Assembly (NCBI GenBank): GCA_951406725.2
Contig: OX597814.1
Location: 162,626,001 to 162,690,000 of the forward strand
Direction of reading: 5' to 3'
Length of the DNA stretch: 64,000 nucleotides
DNA from: Octopus vulgaris
Taxonomy: Eukaryota
The position numbers and the translations under genes are program-made. Each line of letters starts with the position of its first letter. The stretch's first letter is position 1. This document shows, piece after piece, positions 1-14,075 of this stretch. Below the pieces are notes generated by a model that ran no database searches, was not told the DNA's origin, and worked only from the letters and a program-made list of their open reading frames with translations.

Positions 1-1442
1 CGTCCAGTGTTGTTGGACACTGGACAGATGGTCCTGTTAAATTGCTTGGAGTTTGGTTTGGTTCAGACTCCCAGACGGAGAAAAATTGGAGCGAGGTAGT
101 GACCAAGGTAGAAGCCATAGTTCGGGAGTGGTCCGGAAGGCATCTTTCCTTGAAAGGGAGGGCGGAGGTGGTACAGGTGTTTATAGCATCTGTAATCACC
201 TATCGCCTGACTGTCGTGCCTTGCCCCGATTTGTGGCTAAGCAAGTTGGATCGACTCCTTTTCCGCTTTTTGTGGAAGGGAGGAAAGCCACTTGTAAGGC
301 GCTCCGTGTGTTGCCAGGAACCACTAAAGGGTGGGCTGGGGATGCCTTGGTTAATGATGCGCAGGCATGCGCTGAGACTGAGACATCTCTGGTTTCACCT
401 GGAAGGTGATAAGGTGTGGAGTCCGCTGGCAGATAATTTCTTCCCGCAACCGGACTCTATGGAGAGATTTAAACCCGGTTTCATTAAAAGACGGAACCTG
501 ACTTTATGGCAGAAAGAGTGCCGACAGGCACTCTGGCTGATCCACAAGATAGGCAAAGCCGGCTGCGGGAATACCACCTCGACATTTTATAGAAGGATGG
601 TAGAGGCAAAAAATGACGACGTCCTAAGAGGGTCTCTGGGGTTCGATGAGGATCAACTATCCGACCTGTTTAAGAAGACTTTCAAGCCGGGGTATTTGGA
701 CAATTACCAAAAATCCCTGACTTGGCAGTGCTATAGGAATGCTCTACCTGTTCGCGATAAGTTATATAGGCATGGAATGTCAGTGCCACCGACATGTCCA
801 AGATGTGGGTTGGACGATGAAACCGTCCAGCACGCTTTTGTACATTGTCAGGAGCTGTCAGGCTTAATAAGTTACGTAGAACACGTGTTGTCGCATCTGG
901 GACGAGTACAGCTATCGGCTGGTTCTATAATAAAGATGATACCGCCAGCTGGACTCTCAAAGGAAGGTGAGGCTTGTTTTCACTGTACGGTGGCAGTACT
1001 GAAAGAGTGTGTGTGGAGAACTAGATTGGAAGGTTTGGTGTCAGGAACCTTTGTCTCTGGATATGGTATGTTAAAATACTTCAGATACCATCTAAAGAGC
1101 AAGATGGATTTAGAGAAGAGGAACCTGACACAGAAAAAGTATGTGAATCGATGGAAGGATGTGATAAAAAAGGTGGGTGTGAGTAACCCTGCTTGGTCAT
1201 CATGAAGGGAGAAAATAGTCTCTGGGCTCTTAGGCTGTCGGGTAAGAATCCTGACTGTGATATACCTAGCTGGCCAAAATCATTTTTAATTTTTAAAAAA
1301 AAAGGAGAAAAGTAAAGTCTAGTATCATAATCAATAATCAACATATGTAAATATCAAACGAACAACGTAAACTTTTTGTAATTATGTTTTGTATTGTAAT
1401 GTACTATCTCTGTAAGATTTTTATAATCATAATAAAGATTTA
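1..1442 (+). mobile_element. L1/Tx1-clade LINE, 3' portion (ORF2 end plus AT-rich 3' UTR ending in AATAAA)
   Basis: ORF2 as above. The UTR ends ...atcatAATAAAgattta (AATAAA 1431-1436) and abuts the ribozyme array with no poly(A) tail. Confidence 0.85.
3..1205 (+). CDS. C-terminal part of L1/Tx1-clade non-LTR retrotransposon ORF2 (RT thumb region plus zf-RVT CCHC finger); 5'-partial
   Basis: The frame is open from position 3 to TGA 1203-1205. Motifs typical of L1/Tx1 ORF2: LGVWFG, W..RHLSLKGRA, FLWKG, GGLGMP, and the zinc finger W..YRNALP.RD...CPRC...ETVQHAFVHC. Confidence 0.9.
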   Translation, partial: SSVVGHWTDGPVKLLGVWFGSDSQTEKNWSEVVTKVEAIVREWSGRHLSLKGRAEVVQVFIASVITYRLTVVPCPDLWLSKLDRLLFRFLWKGGKPLVRRSVCCQEPLKGGLGMPWLMMRRHALRLRHLWFHLEGDKVWSPLADNFFPQPDSMERFKPGFIKRRNLTLWQKECRQALWLIHKIGKAGCGNTTSTFYRRMVEAKNDDVLRGSLGFDEDQLSDLFKKTFKPGYLDNYQKSLTWQCYRNALPVRDKLYRHGMSVPPTCPRCGLDDETVQHAFVHCQELSGLISYVEHVLSHLGRVQLSAGSIIKMIPPAGLSKEGEACFHCTVAVLKECVWRTRLEGLVSGTFVSGYGMLKYFRYHLKSKMDLEKRNLTQKKYVNRWKDVIKKVGVSNPAWSS

Positions 1443-1450
1443 GGAAGCGA

Positions 1451-1528
1451 CACCTACTGGCTGGCTACGCTGCATTGAAAAGGGGCAATACCCCGAAACG
1501 CGTCTGTAGCTGCCGGTCAAGTAGTGTG
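1451..1528 (+). ncRNA. Type I hammerhead ribozyme (U3-A8 core variant), first copy of the array
   Basis: Stem I GCTGCA (1469-1474) pairs with TGTAGC (1505-1510). Core TTGAAAA 1475-1481; stem II GGGG-CAATA-CCCC; GAAA 1495-1498; palindromic stem III ACGCGT; GTC cleavage triplet ending at C1504. Extended stem I TGGCTGGC/GCCGGTCA. Confidence 0.85.
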
Positions 1529-2377
1529 GAGCGACTGACCTCCCTTGTTCGAAGGTTATATGGATACAGTTTGTGTATCAAATAGCTAACTTAAGGCGAT
1601 GGCCTCATGGAGCTAATAAGCGAACAGCTTTTTTCTTATTTTTATAAGAATGCCATATTAGTATGGCGATAACTATTAAAAGGGGCAATACTCCGAAACG
1701 CGTCTGTAGCTGCCGGTCAAGTAGTGTGGAGCGACTGACCTCCCTTGTTCGAAGGTTATATGGATACAGTTTGTGTATCAAATAGCTAACTTAAGGCGAT
1801 AGCCTCATGGAGCTAATAAGCGGACAGCTTTTTTCTTATTTTTATAAGAATGCCATATTAGTATGGCGATAACTATTATTTTCCGGGAACGCTGCCGCTG
1901 TTCTCTTTTAGAAGACTTAGTTATTTTAATATTTCTATTATTGAAAACAAGTGGATGTATTCCACCGAAACTAGGTAAATAAAACCATCGAACAGAGATT
2001 GTCGGAAGCGACATCTACTGGCTGGCTACGCTGCATTGAAAAAGAAGGGGGCAATACTCCGAAACGCGTCTGTAGCTGCCGGTCAAGTAGTGTGGAGCGA
2101 CTGACCTCCTTGTTCGAAGGTTATATGGATACAGTTTGTGTATCAAATAGCTAACTTAAGGCGATAGCCTCATGGAGCTAATAAGCGGACAGCTTTTTTC
2201 TTATTTTTATAAGAATGCCATATTAGTATGGCGATAACTATTATTTTCCGGGAACGCTGCCGCTGTTCTCTTTTAGAGAGACTTAGTTATTTTAATATTT
2301 CTATTATTGAAAACAAGTGGATGTATTCCACCGAAACTAGGTAAATAAAACCATCGAACAGAGATTGTCGGAAGCGA

Positions 2378-3905
2378 CACCTACTGGCTGGCTACGCTGC
2401 ATTGAAAAGGGGCAATACTCCGAAACGCGTCTGTAGCTGCCGGTCAAGTAGTGTGGAGCGACTGACCTCCCTTGTTCGAAGGTTATATGGATACAGTTTG
2501 TGTATCAAATAGCTAACTTAAGGCGATAGCCTCATGGAGCTAATAAGCGGACAGCTTTTTTCTTATTTTTATAAGAATGCCATATTAGTATGGCGATAAC
2601 TATTATTTTCCGGGAACGCTGCCGCTGTTCTCTTTTAGAGAGACTTAGTTATTTTAATATTTCTATTATTGAAAACAAGTGGATGTATTCCACCGAAACT
2701 AGGTAAATAAAACCATCGAACAGAGATTGTCGGAAGCGACACCTACTGGCTGGCTACGCTGCATTGAAAAGGGGCAATACTCCGAAACGCGTCTGTAGCT
2801 GCCGGTCAAGTAGTGTGGAGCGACTGACCTCCCTTGTTCGAAGGTTATATGGATACAGTTTGTGTATCAAATAGCTAACTTAAGGCGATAGCCTCATGGA
2901 GCTAATAAGCGGACAGCTTTTTCTTATTTTTTTATAAGAATGCCATATTAGTATGGCGATAACTATTATTTTCCGGGAACGCTGCCGCTGTTCTCTTTTA
3001 GAAGACTTAGTTATTTTAATATTTCTATTATTGAAAACAAGTGGATGTATTCCACCGAAACTAGGTAAATAAAACCATCGAACAGAGATTGTCGGAAGCG
3101 ACACCTACTGGCTGGCTACGCTGCATTGAAAAGGGGCAATACTCCGAAACGCGTCTGTAGCTGCCGGTCAAGTAGTGTGGAGCGACTGACCTCCCTTGTT
3201 CGAAAGGTTATATGGATACAGTTTGTTTATCAAATAGCTAACTTAAGGCGATAGCCTCATGGAGCTAATAAGCGGACAGCTTTTTTCTTATTTTTATAAG
3301 AATGCCATATTAGTATGGCGATAACTATTATTTTCCGGGAACGCTGCCGCTGTTCTCTTTTAGAGAGACTTAGTTATTTTAATATTTCTATTATTAGAAA
3401 ACAAGTGGATGTATTCCACCGAAACTAGGTAAATAAAACCATCGAACAGAGATTGTCGGAAGCGACACCTACTGGCTGGCTACGCTGCATTGAAAAGGGG
3501 CAATACTCCGAAACGCGTCTGTAGCTGCCGGTCAAGTAGTGTGGAGCGACTGACCTCCCTTGTTCGAAGGTTATATGGATACAGTTTGTGTATCAAATAG
3601 CTAACTTAAGGCGATAGCCTCATGGAGCTAATAAGCGGACAGCTTTTTCTTATTTTTATAAGAATGCCATATTAGTATGGCGATAACTATTATTTTCCGG
3701 GAACGCTGCCGCTGTTCTCTTTTAGAAGACTTAGTTATTTTAATATTTCTATTATTGAAAACAAGTGGATGTATTCCACCGAAACTAGGTAAATAAAACC
3801 ATCGAACAGAGATTGTCGGAAGCGACACCTACTGGCTGGCTACGCTGCATTGAAAAGGGGCAATACTCCGAAACGCGTCTGTAGCTGCCGGTCAAGTAGT
3901 GTGGA
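2378..3905 (+). ncRNA. Five further intact hammerhead copies (predicted cleavage after 2431, 2793, 3155, 3519, 3879)
   Basis: Each reads gctgcaTTGAAAAggggcaatactccGAAAcgcgTCtgtagc. Copies cleaving at 1704 (5'-truncated), 2070 and 4239 carry indels in the core or stem II. Confidence 0.8.
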
Positions 3906-4405
3906 GCGACTGACCTCCCTTGTTCGAAGGTTATATGGATACAGTTTGTGTATCAAATAGCTAACTTAAGGCGATAGCCTCATGGAGCTAATAAGCGGAC
4001 AGCTTTTTCTTATTTTTATAAGAATGCCATAGTATGGCGATAACTGTATTTTCCGGGAACGCTGCCGCTGTTCTCTTTTAGAAGACTTAGTTATTTTAAT
4101 ATTTCTATTATTGAAAACAAAGTGGATGTATTCCACCGAAACTAGGTAAATAAAACCATCGAACAGAGATTGTCATTAGCTGTCACCTACTGGCTGGCTA
4201 CGCTGCATTGAAAGGGGCAATACTTCTCCGAAACGCGTCTGTAGCTGCCGGTCGAAGTAGTGTGGAGCGAACTGACCTCCTTGTTCGAAGGTTGTATATG
4301 GATACAGTTTGTGTATCAAATAGCTAACTTAAGGCGATAGCCTCATGGAGCTAATAAGCGGACAGCTTTTTTCTTATAAGAATGCCATATTAGTATGGCG
4401 ATAAC

Positions 4406-6360
<1,955 letters not shown>

Positions 6361-6375
6361 TAAATTCATCGAAAA

Positions 6376-6580
6376 CCGGTGATTGCCGTACGTCTAGAAG
6401 ACAGGCAAATACCTAGAAACTGCAGTCCAAGTGGTAATACTTAGGTGTGACGAGAGAGATGACCTCTCTTGCAAATGTCTACAAGAGCACAGAAAGTGTG
6501 CTCTGTATGCAAGCCAGCTGGAGACAATGATCTCCTGGGGCTAAAAGCTACAGTAACACCCACCCTTAGTGGTTAGCCAT
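6376..6580 (+). ncRNA. Diverged hammerhead-like plus multi-hairpin module at the 3' end of LINE copy 2
   Basis: CT(A)GAAGA 6394-6401; stem II AGG-CAAATA-CCT; GAAA 6416-6419; palindrome ACTGCAGT; GTC at 6425-6427; outer stem ATTGCC/GGTAAT. Downstream hairpins match the array unit in order. Confidence 0.6.
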
Positions 6581-6600
6581 ATATATGCATATATATATTC

Positions 6601-6975
6601 TCTCTTTCTCTTTTATTTGTTTGTCATTTGACTGCGGCCATGCTGGAGCACCGCCTTTAGTCGAGCCCAGTACTTATTCTATTGTAAGCCCAGTACTTAT
6701 TCTATCGGTCTCTTTTGCCGAACCGCTAAGTGATGGGGACGTAAACACACCAGCATCGGTTGTCAAGCAATGCTAGGGGGACAAACACAGACACACAAAC
6801 ACACATATATATATACGACAGGCTTCTTTCAGTTTCCGTCTACCAAATCCACTCACAAGGCATTGGTCGGCCCGAGGCTATAGCAGAAGACACTTGCCCA
6901 AGATACCACGCAGTGGGACTGAACCCGCAACCATGTGGTTGGTTAGCAAGCTACTTACCACACAGCCATTCATGC

Positions 6976-6976
<1 letters not shown>
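6601..6976 (-). mobile_element. tRNA-derived SINE, family A (head ggcgcaggagtggctgtgtggtaag)
   Basis: Matches the copies at 10059, 20987 and 57255. A/B-box-like head (TGGCTGTGTGG ... GGTTCAGTCC). Confidence 0.85.
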
Positions 6977-7035
<59 letters not shown>

Positions 7036-7157
7036 TATATATATGCGTATATATGCATATATATATATATGCATATATATATATATATATGCATATATAT
7101 ATACGTATATATGCATATATATATATATATATATATGCATATATACATACGTATATA

Positions 7158-7194
<37 letters not shown>

Positions 7195-7201
7195 GTATAT
7201 A

Positions 7202-7239
<38 letters not shown>

Positions 7240-7438
7240 TATATATACGTATATATGCATATATATATATATACGTATATATATACGTATATATATATAT
7301 ATATATATACGTATATATATACGTATATATGCATATATATATATATACGTATATATGTATATATATATATATACGTATATATGCATATATATATATATAT
7401 ACGTATATATATACGTATATATGTATATATATATATAC

Positions 7439-7527
<89 letters not shown>

Positions 7528-7541
7528 TATATACATATATA
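6977..7541. repeat. Interrupted (TA)n microsatellite
   Basis: TA runs with GC/CG interruptions. Confidence 0.95.
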
Positions 7542-7742
7542 TGAGAACAGCATGAAAAACAATTAAATTGTAGAAAAATGAAATCAACTGTTTTAAAAAT
7601 ATTTCCATAATTTTCAAATGCAAGGGACATTTTCATTTTTTCCGTCTCTCTCTCTCTCTTTCTCTCTCTATTTTACTCATATGAGTTCTAGGTAGTATAT
7701 ACATAATACATACATAAATGTATAAGTACACACACATACGTC

Positions 7743-7779
<37 letters not shown>

Positions 7780-7924
7780 ATGTATAAGTATGTTTATATG
7801 TGCGTGGGTACATTGATGTCAAAAAGTGTGTCAATTTAGCGTGTGAATGACTTCCACATTAATATCTTAACTGCATTAAGCAATAACTATTTTCACACAG
7901 ACACAGACACAGACAGACAGACAG

Positions 7925-7955
<31 letters not shown>

Positions 7956-8164
7956 ATGTATGTATGTACAGATGTTATTAAGATATGATCATATACATAT
8001 TTAATTACATGTGTCATTATATTTTATTACATGTTTAATTGTAAATGTAAATGTGTCTATGCCTCTTTCACTCTTTATCTCTCACTCTATGCATATATAT
8101 ATATATATGTGTGTGTGTGTGTATGTATGTATATATATATATATATATATTCTTTCTTTCTTTT

Positions 8165-8371
8165 CTTTTATTCTTTTACTTTTTTCAGTCATTTGACTGT
8201 GGCCATGCTGGAGCACCGCCTTTAGTCGAGCAAATCGACCCCAGGACTTATTCTTTGTAAGCCTAGTACTTATTCTATTGGTCTCTTTTGCCGAACCGCT
8301 AAGTCACGGGGACATAAACACACCAGCATCGGTTATCAGGCAGTGCTAGGGGGACAAACACAGACACACAA

Positions 8372-8410
<39 letters not shown>

Positions 8411-8572
8411 CACATATATACGACGGGCTTCTTTCAGTTTCCATCTACCAAATCCACTCACAAGGCTTTGGTCGGCCCGAGGCTATAGTAGAAGCTATTA
8501 GCCGAAGATGCCACGCAGTGGGATTGAACCCGGAACCATGTGGTTGATAAGCAAACTACTTACCACACAGCC
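8165..8572 (-). mobile_element. SINE family A
   Basis: Full match to the family A body with an internal TA tract. Confidence 0.85.
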
Positions 8573-8732
8573 TGTATATATATATACCACACAGCCTATA
8601 TATATATATATATATATATACATACATACGCTTGCATATGTACATAATATATACATGTATATAAAGATATGTATAAATATACAGATATATAGACATGAAT
8701 ATATATACAAAGTATATGTACATATCTTCTAA

Positions 8733-9100
8733 GTTTCAACTCTTACTTGCCTCAGGCATTAGACTGTAGCCAAGCTGGGGCACCGCGTGGAAGAATTTTT
8801 AGGCGAATGGACGCACCCCAGTACTTATTCTACCCTTCTCTTACTCGAACCACTATGTTGTTACAGGGATGTAAGCACACTAACACCGGCTGTCAAGCGG
8901 TTGGAGCGGACAAAGACACATTCATATATATAAACACACACACACACACACACACACACATAAAGGGCTTCTTTCAGTTTCCGTCTACCAAAACGACTCA
9001 CATTACTTTGGTCGGTCCGAAGCCACAGTAGAAGAAACTCGCCAAAGGTACCATGCGGTGACACTGGAGGCAGAACGATGTACTTGTGAAGTAAGCTTCT
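8733..9100 (-). mobile_element. SINE family A, older diverged copy
   Basis: Contains gggcttctttcagtttccgtctaccaaa and other family A blocks. Confidence 0.7.
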
Positions 9101-10038
9101 TCCTACAATTTTAATGTTGAGTTTGGTCTCCTTCAGAGTCTTTCTAAATCTACGGGCTAATTCTCCGTGGGCTGTGGCCTCTACAAACATCACTCCTTGA
9201 TATTTGTCGGTTTTATACCACGTGTTCGCCCTGTTTGCTTTGTCACAAGTTCTTTGTATCCTATCCCGTTCTTTGTTTCTATATCTAGGGCAGGTACAAC
9301 TGATATCATTACATATAACTTTGTCTAATTTCTTTCTAGCCCCCCCCCTGTATACTTGAACCCTATCTTTCTGATCATATCCAGAGAACTGCATGTGGTG
9401 CATGAAGTTCTGTATATGTTTCTTCATTTCATAGGATTCGCATAGTGGGGACACATTGTTCATTATTCTAACTAAGTCTGCTATCAGTATGTTAATTTTC
9501 ATGTTGTGTGACAAAGCTGAGTTCTTGTGAACAACATATTTTGAAGTTATGGGTTTCATGTAATAAGAGTGGAGGAGCTGTACTCTATTGTTCACAGTCT
9601 CTAACCAAAGTTCAGTATCAAGTACAGGGAGTCTATTGTTGGGGTGCTTAGTGGGGTAATCTATAGTTACTTTGATACTTTGATGGATGGTGTTAGCTAT
9701 TTGCTGGATGCTCTCCATTACGTTCTTTTCAGTTTCTACATTACCGTCACTAGAGTTGGTTCTAACTATGATATTAATGTCATCTACATATCTACTGTAG
9801 AGTAGAAGAGTTGTGGACTGTTCTGCTAACATTTGTTTAAATTTTTTGCCCCACCATGTCATGAAGAGGTCATCCACATCTCCTACACCGATGGCTGCAC
9901 ATTGAACCTGCGTGTATAGTTTTTTGTTAAACTTTACTATGTGGTTTTTCAAGGGGACTTTTACACTGGCCCCTATTCTATATGCAATCATTTCTTTCAC
10001 CTGATTGTTGTTCTCAGGGTTTTGGGTGGGTGCGGTCT
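9098..10038 (-). mobile_element. Penelope-like element reverse transcriptase fragment (stop-free, internally deleted, no GIY-YIG visible)
   Basis: Core of ORF 8861-10144: Q..AAIG, YSRYVDD, LPVLD, YYMKP..S..V.H..SA, FVEAT..GELA...IKIVGR. These fit PLE-type RT and thumb regions. Confidence 0.75.
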
Positions 10039-10058
10039 GTGTATATATATATACATAT

Positions 10059-10224
10059 AGGCGCAGGAATGGCTGTGTGGTAAGTAGCTTGCTTATCAAC
10101 CACATGGTTCCGTGTTCAGTCCCACTGCGTGTCACCATGGGCAAGTGTCTTCTACTATAGCCTCGGGCCGACCAAAGCCTTGTGAGTGGATTTGGTAGAC
10201 GGAAACTGAAAGAAGCCCGTCATA

Positions 10225-10278
<54 letters not shown>

Positions 10279-10505
10279 TGTGTGTGTTTGTGTCTGTGTT
10301 TATCCCCCTAGCATTGCTTGACAACCGATGCTGGTGTGTTTATGTCCCCGTTACTTAGAGGTTCGGCAAAAGAGACCGATAGAATAAGTACTAGGCTTAC
10401 AAAAGAATAAGTCCCGGGGTCGAGTTGCTCGATTAAAGGCGGTGCTCCAGCATGGCCGCAGTCAAATGACTGAATCAAGTAAAAGAGTAAAGAGAGTAAA
10501 GAGTA
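10059..10505 (+). mobile_element. SINE family A, full length
   Basis: Runs from head ggcgcaggaatggctgtgtggtaag to tail agtaaaagagtaaagagagtaaagag. Confidence 0.9.
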
Positions 10506-10581
10506 ATATATACATAAAAAATTTCAGAATGAGATAAAAATCCAAGGCGGTTAAAGATTTTAGAACATTTCTAAATAAAAG

Positions 10582-10629
10582 GTCTTACAGCTGTTTCTAG
10601 GATATTTTGTATATCCCTTCATCGGAGAC
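10582..10629 (-). ncRNA. Penelope-type minimal type I hammerhead (U4C variant)
   Basis: Minus strand reads GTCT-CCGATGA-A-GGGATAT-ACAAA-ATATCCT-A-GAAA-CAGCTG-TA-AGAC. Stem I GTCT/AGAC; palindromic stem III ACAGCTGT. Confidence 0.6.
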
Positions 10630-10929
10630 GGTGTGAGGAGATGGTTAAGCAATAGTTATTCTAGATAAGATATGAAATAGAAATTGGAAGTTGAGGAATG
10701 AACATAGACGTGAGATATGTAGGGATATTGCATCTGTAGATCCATTATTTAGGCAGAATAGTATACATATAAGATTCCCGTACCTTGTAAGTTTCAATAG
10801 TACATAAAATTGGTCATTCCAAGTTTAGAGTTTGTACACGGTGTTATTGGATCGAGGGTTGAATTTAGTCCATAGCACTTACTCAGCCTTACCTGACACC
10901 TTTGGGTCTTATTGACACCATTAACTCTC

Positions 10930-11580
10930 ATATCCTCAATACATATATACATACATATACATACAAATATATACATATATATACATACATATATATAGAT
11001 ACACATATATATATATATACATAAATATATATAGATACACACATATATACATACATATATATAGATACACATATATATATACATAAATATATATAGATAC
11101 ACACATATATACATACATATATATAGATACACATATATATATACATACATATATAAACATATATATACATACATATATACATATATAAACATATATATAC
11201 ATACATATATACATATATATACATATATACATATATATATATACATATATATATATATACATATATATACATACATATATATATATACATATATACATAT
11301 ATATATATACATACATATATATACATATATATACATACATATATACATATATACATACATATATATATATACATATATATATATATACAGACATATAGAT
11401 ATATATACATATATATACATATATACACATAGATATATATACCTATACATATATACACATAGATATATATACCTATACATATATACACATAGATATATAT
11501 ACCTATACATATATACACACATATATACATATGCATGTATACATATGTATACCTATACATATATATACCTATATATATGC

Positions 11581-11611
<31 letters not shown>

Positions 11612-12000
11612 CATATATACATATATATACATATACATATATATACCTATATATATGCATATATATATATACATATATACATATATATATACATATACGT
11701 ACATATATATACATGTACATATATATACATATATATATTTATATATACACTTATATACATATATATACAGACACGTATATATAAACATATACACATACAC
11801 ATATATACACACGTACATATATACACATACATATATATATATATATATATACACACCAATGTACATACCTACATATAAATATCTATATATATGTATACGT
11901 AAATATATGTATCGATATACACCTCTGAACATACCTACATATATATATATATACACACACACGTAAGTATATGTATCGAACCATGTCTGTCTCTCTCTCA

Positions 12001-12044
<44 letters not shown>

Positions 12045-12045
12045 C
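10930..12045. repeat. Compound (TA)/(TACA)/(CA) microsatellite
   Basis: Direct inspection. Confidence 0.95.
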
Positions 12046-12163
12046 CACAGTATATTATGGAATACTAGAATGCATTGTGAGAAACATGAATGTTCACGGT
12101 TACAATGTTTCTAATCATGGGCCTGCTCGATCAAGGCTTAATCATCAACTAGAAAAATTATAC

Positions 12164-12201
<38 letters not shown>

Positions 12202-13250
12202 ATGCAGTTATGGTGTAGATGGGTATATCTGTAGGTATGCATGCGTGCGTTTATGCACACATCTTTCTACACACACATAAACACATGCATACTTCCACAT
12301 ACATGCACACACCACATTATTTTTTTTTCAGCTACGACGTTCATACAAGCTAGTAATATGAGTGCATATGATTCAATGCTTAATTTAATTTTAAACTCAC
12401 CATATACACTATATACATACATTTTCTCTTTCACTCCCTCCTTCCCAATCTCTGTCTCTATCTCTCTCTCTCTCTCTCTCTTTCACACGTACACAAACAC
12501 ATATACACACAATTGTACTGTTTATTTCACGTGGGTTGTATTTGAGGCTATTAATAAATCTTCTATAATCTAGTTCTTTTTTTTTTCTTGAAGGAATTCT
12601 TTATAAGATCTAATATCAAACAACTGGTGCCTTTCTGCGTAGTTTTGTTTCATGTTCTACATTATGATGTTCTGTAATGGTTCCTTGTGTGCGTAGAGCT
12701 CAGAGCAACATAAGAAAACACGAACGAAAACAAAGTTAGATTACTATTCTTTCCAGAATTCCACAAAAAGATATGAAGACAATATATAAATACAAAATTA
12801 ACTTGGGAATTTATTAAATAGCAATCTACAAATTAAAACTTAACATTCCGATACAAGAATCATGAAAAAAAGCCATCAAGTAATAGGAATTTAACCAATA
12901 TAAAGCTGCTTTTTTTTTTCAGGCGGTGATGATTATATAAGTTCCAACAGTAATTTCCTTGATCCCTTGCTGAGTGCTACAAAACGCGGCAATAACATGC
13001 CATGCTCATTATTTAATTCAGAAAATGATACAGAGAAGATTTGCAATATTGAAGAATTTTTGAATGTTATTGTTCTAAACTCAACATAAAGGGCTCGTAA
13101 GGAAAAATGAAATTTGTTTTTAGAAAAATTGATTAAAATTGGACACAAATGTATCTTCAATATAACATGTTAGGGAAGATATAAAGAAAGTGAATCAAAA
13201 ACGATGAGTGATTTTACAGGTTTCAAAATGAGTCTTCCGAAACATAACAA

Positions 13251-13287
<37 letters not shown>

Positions 13288-13311
13288 ATGTATGTATGTA
13301 TGTGTGTATGT

Positions 13312-13367
<56 letters not shown>

Positions 13368-13917
13368 CGTGTATTTTCTATTTAACATTAATCAGGTATG
13401 TCAGGGTAACAGTAGGTGCACTGGCAAACTGAGGCAAATAATGCGAATATCTGATCGTATTCCAATACTTTATTCCACCGATTAAGGAGGGCGTTTCCAT
13501 GGCATTTACAAAAATCAAAATTCTATACTATAAGTGGTGCGTAGAGTTGCGTATGTATATAAATGGAAACAGCCTTCAACATTCAGTGAGTTCTGGGGTA
13601 CTTAAAATATATTTTTATGTGTCTATAAGGAAGCTAGATTTGCCTGTTCAGACCAGGGTACATACAATCACAGAGATTCACCTATACAATCATGCACGAA
13701 ATATACATAATCTATAACAAAATACAACAGAAAAAGCATTTTATGACTCCACAATTGTTCTTCCTCTCTTTCTTTCTTTCTCGCTCATACATAAATATCT
13801 CATTCTCCCACAAGTATACATTATATGTAGACAGAACTAAACACGCAAACTCATAATAATGTAAACGGAGATGGTTAAAAATACATTTAGTATATGTGTG
13901 TGTATGTACCTTCCCGT

Positions 13918-13956
<39 letters not shown>

Positions 13957-14019
13957 ATGCATATATATATGTATATATATATATATATGTATGTATATAT
14001 ATATGTATGTATATATATG

Positions 14020-14075
<56 letters not shown>

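Noticed and set aside
1805-3828. Repeated minus-strand ORFs MSLPTISVRW...
   Set aside because: Short antisense by-products of the repeat unit; indels between units break the frame.
8861-10144. 427-aa ORF as an intact gene
   Set aside because: Both ends translate flanking SINE sequence; only ~9098-10038 is a retroelement RT fragment.
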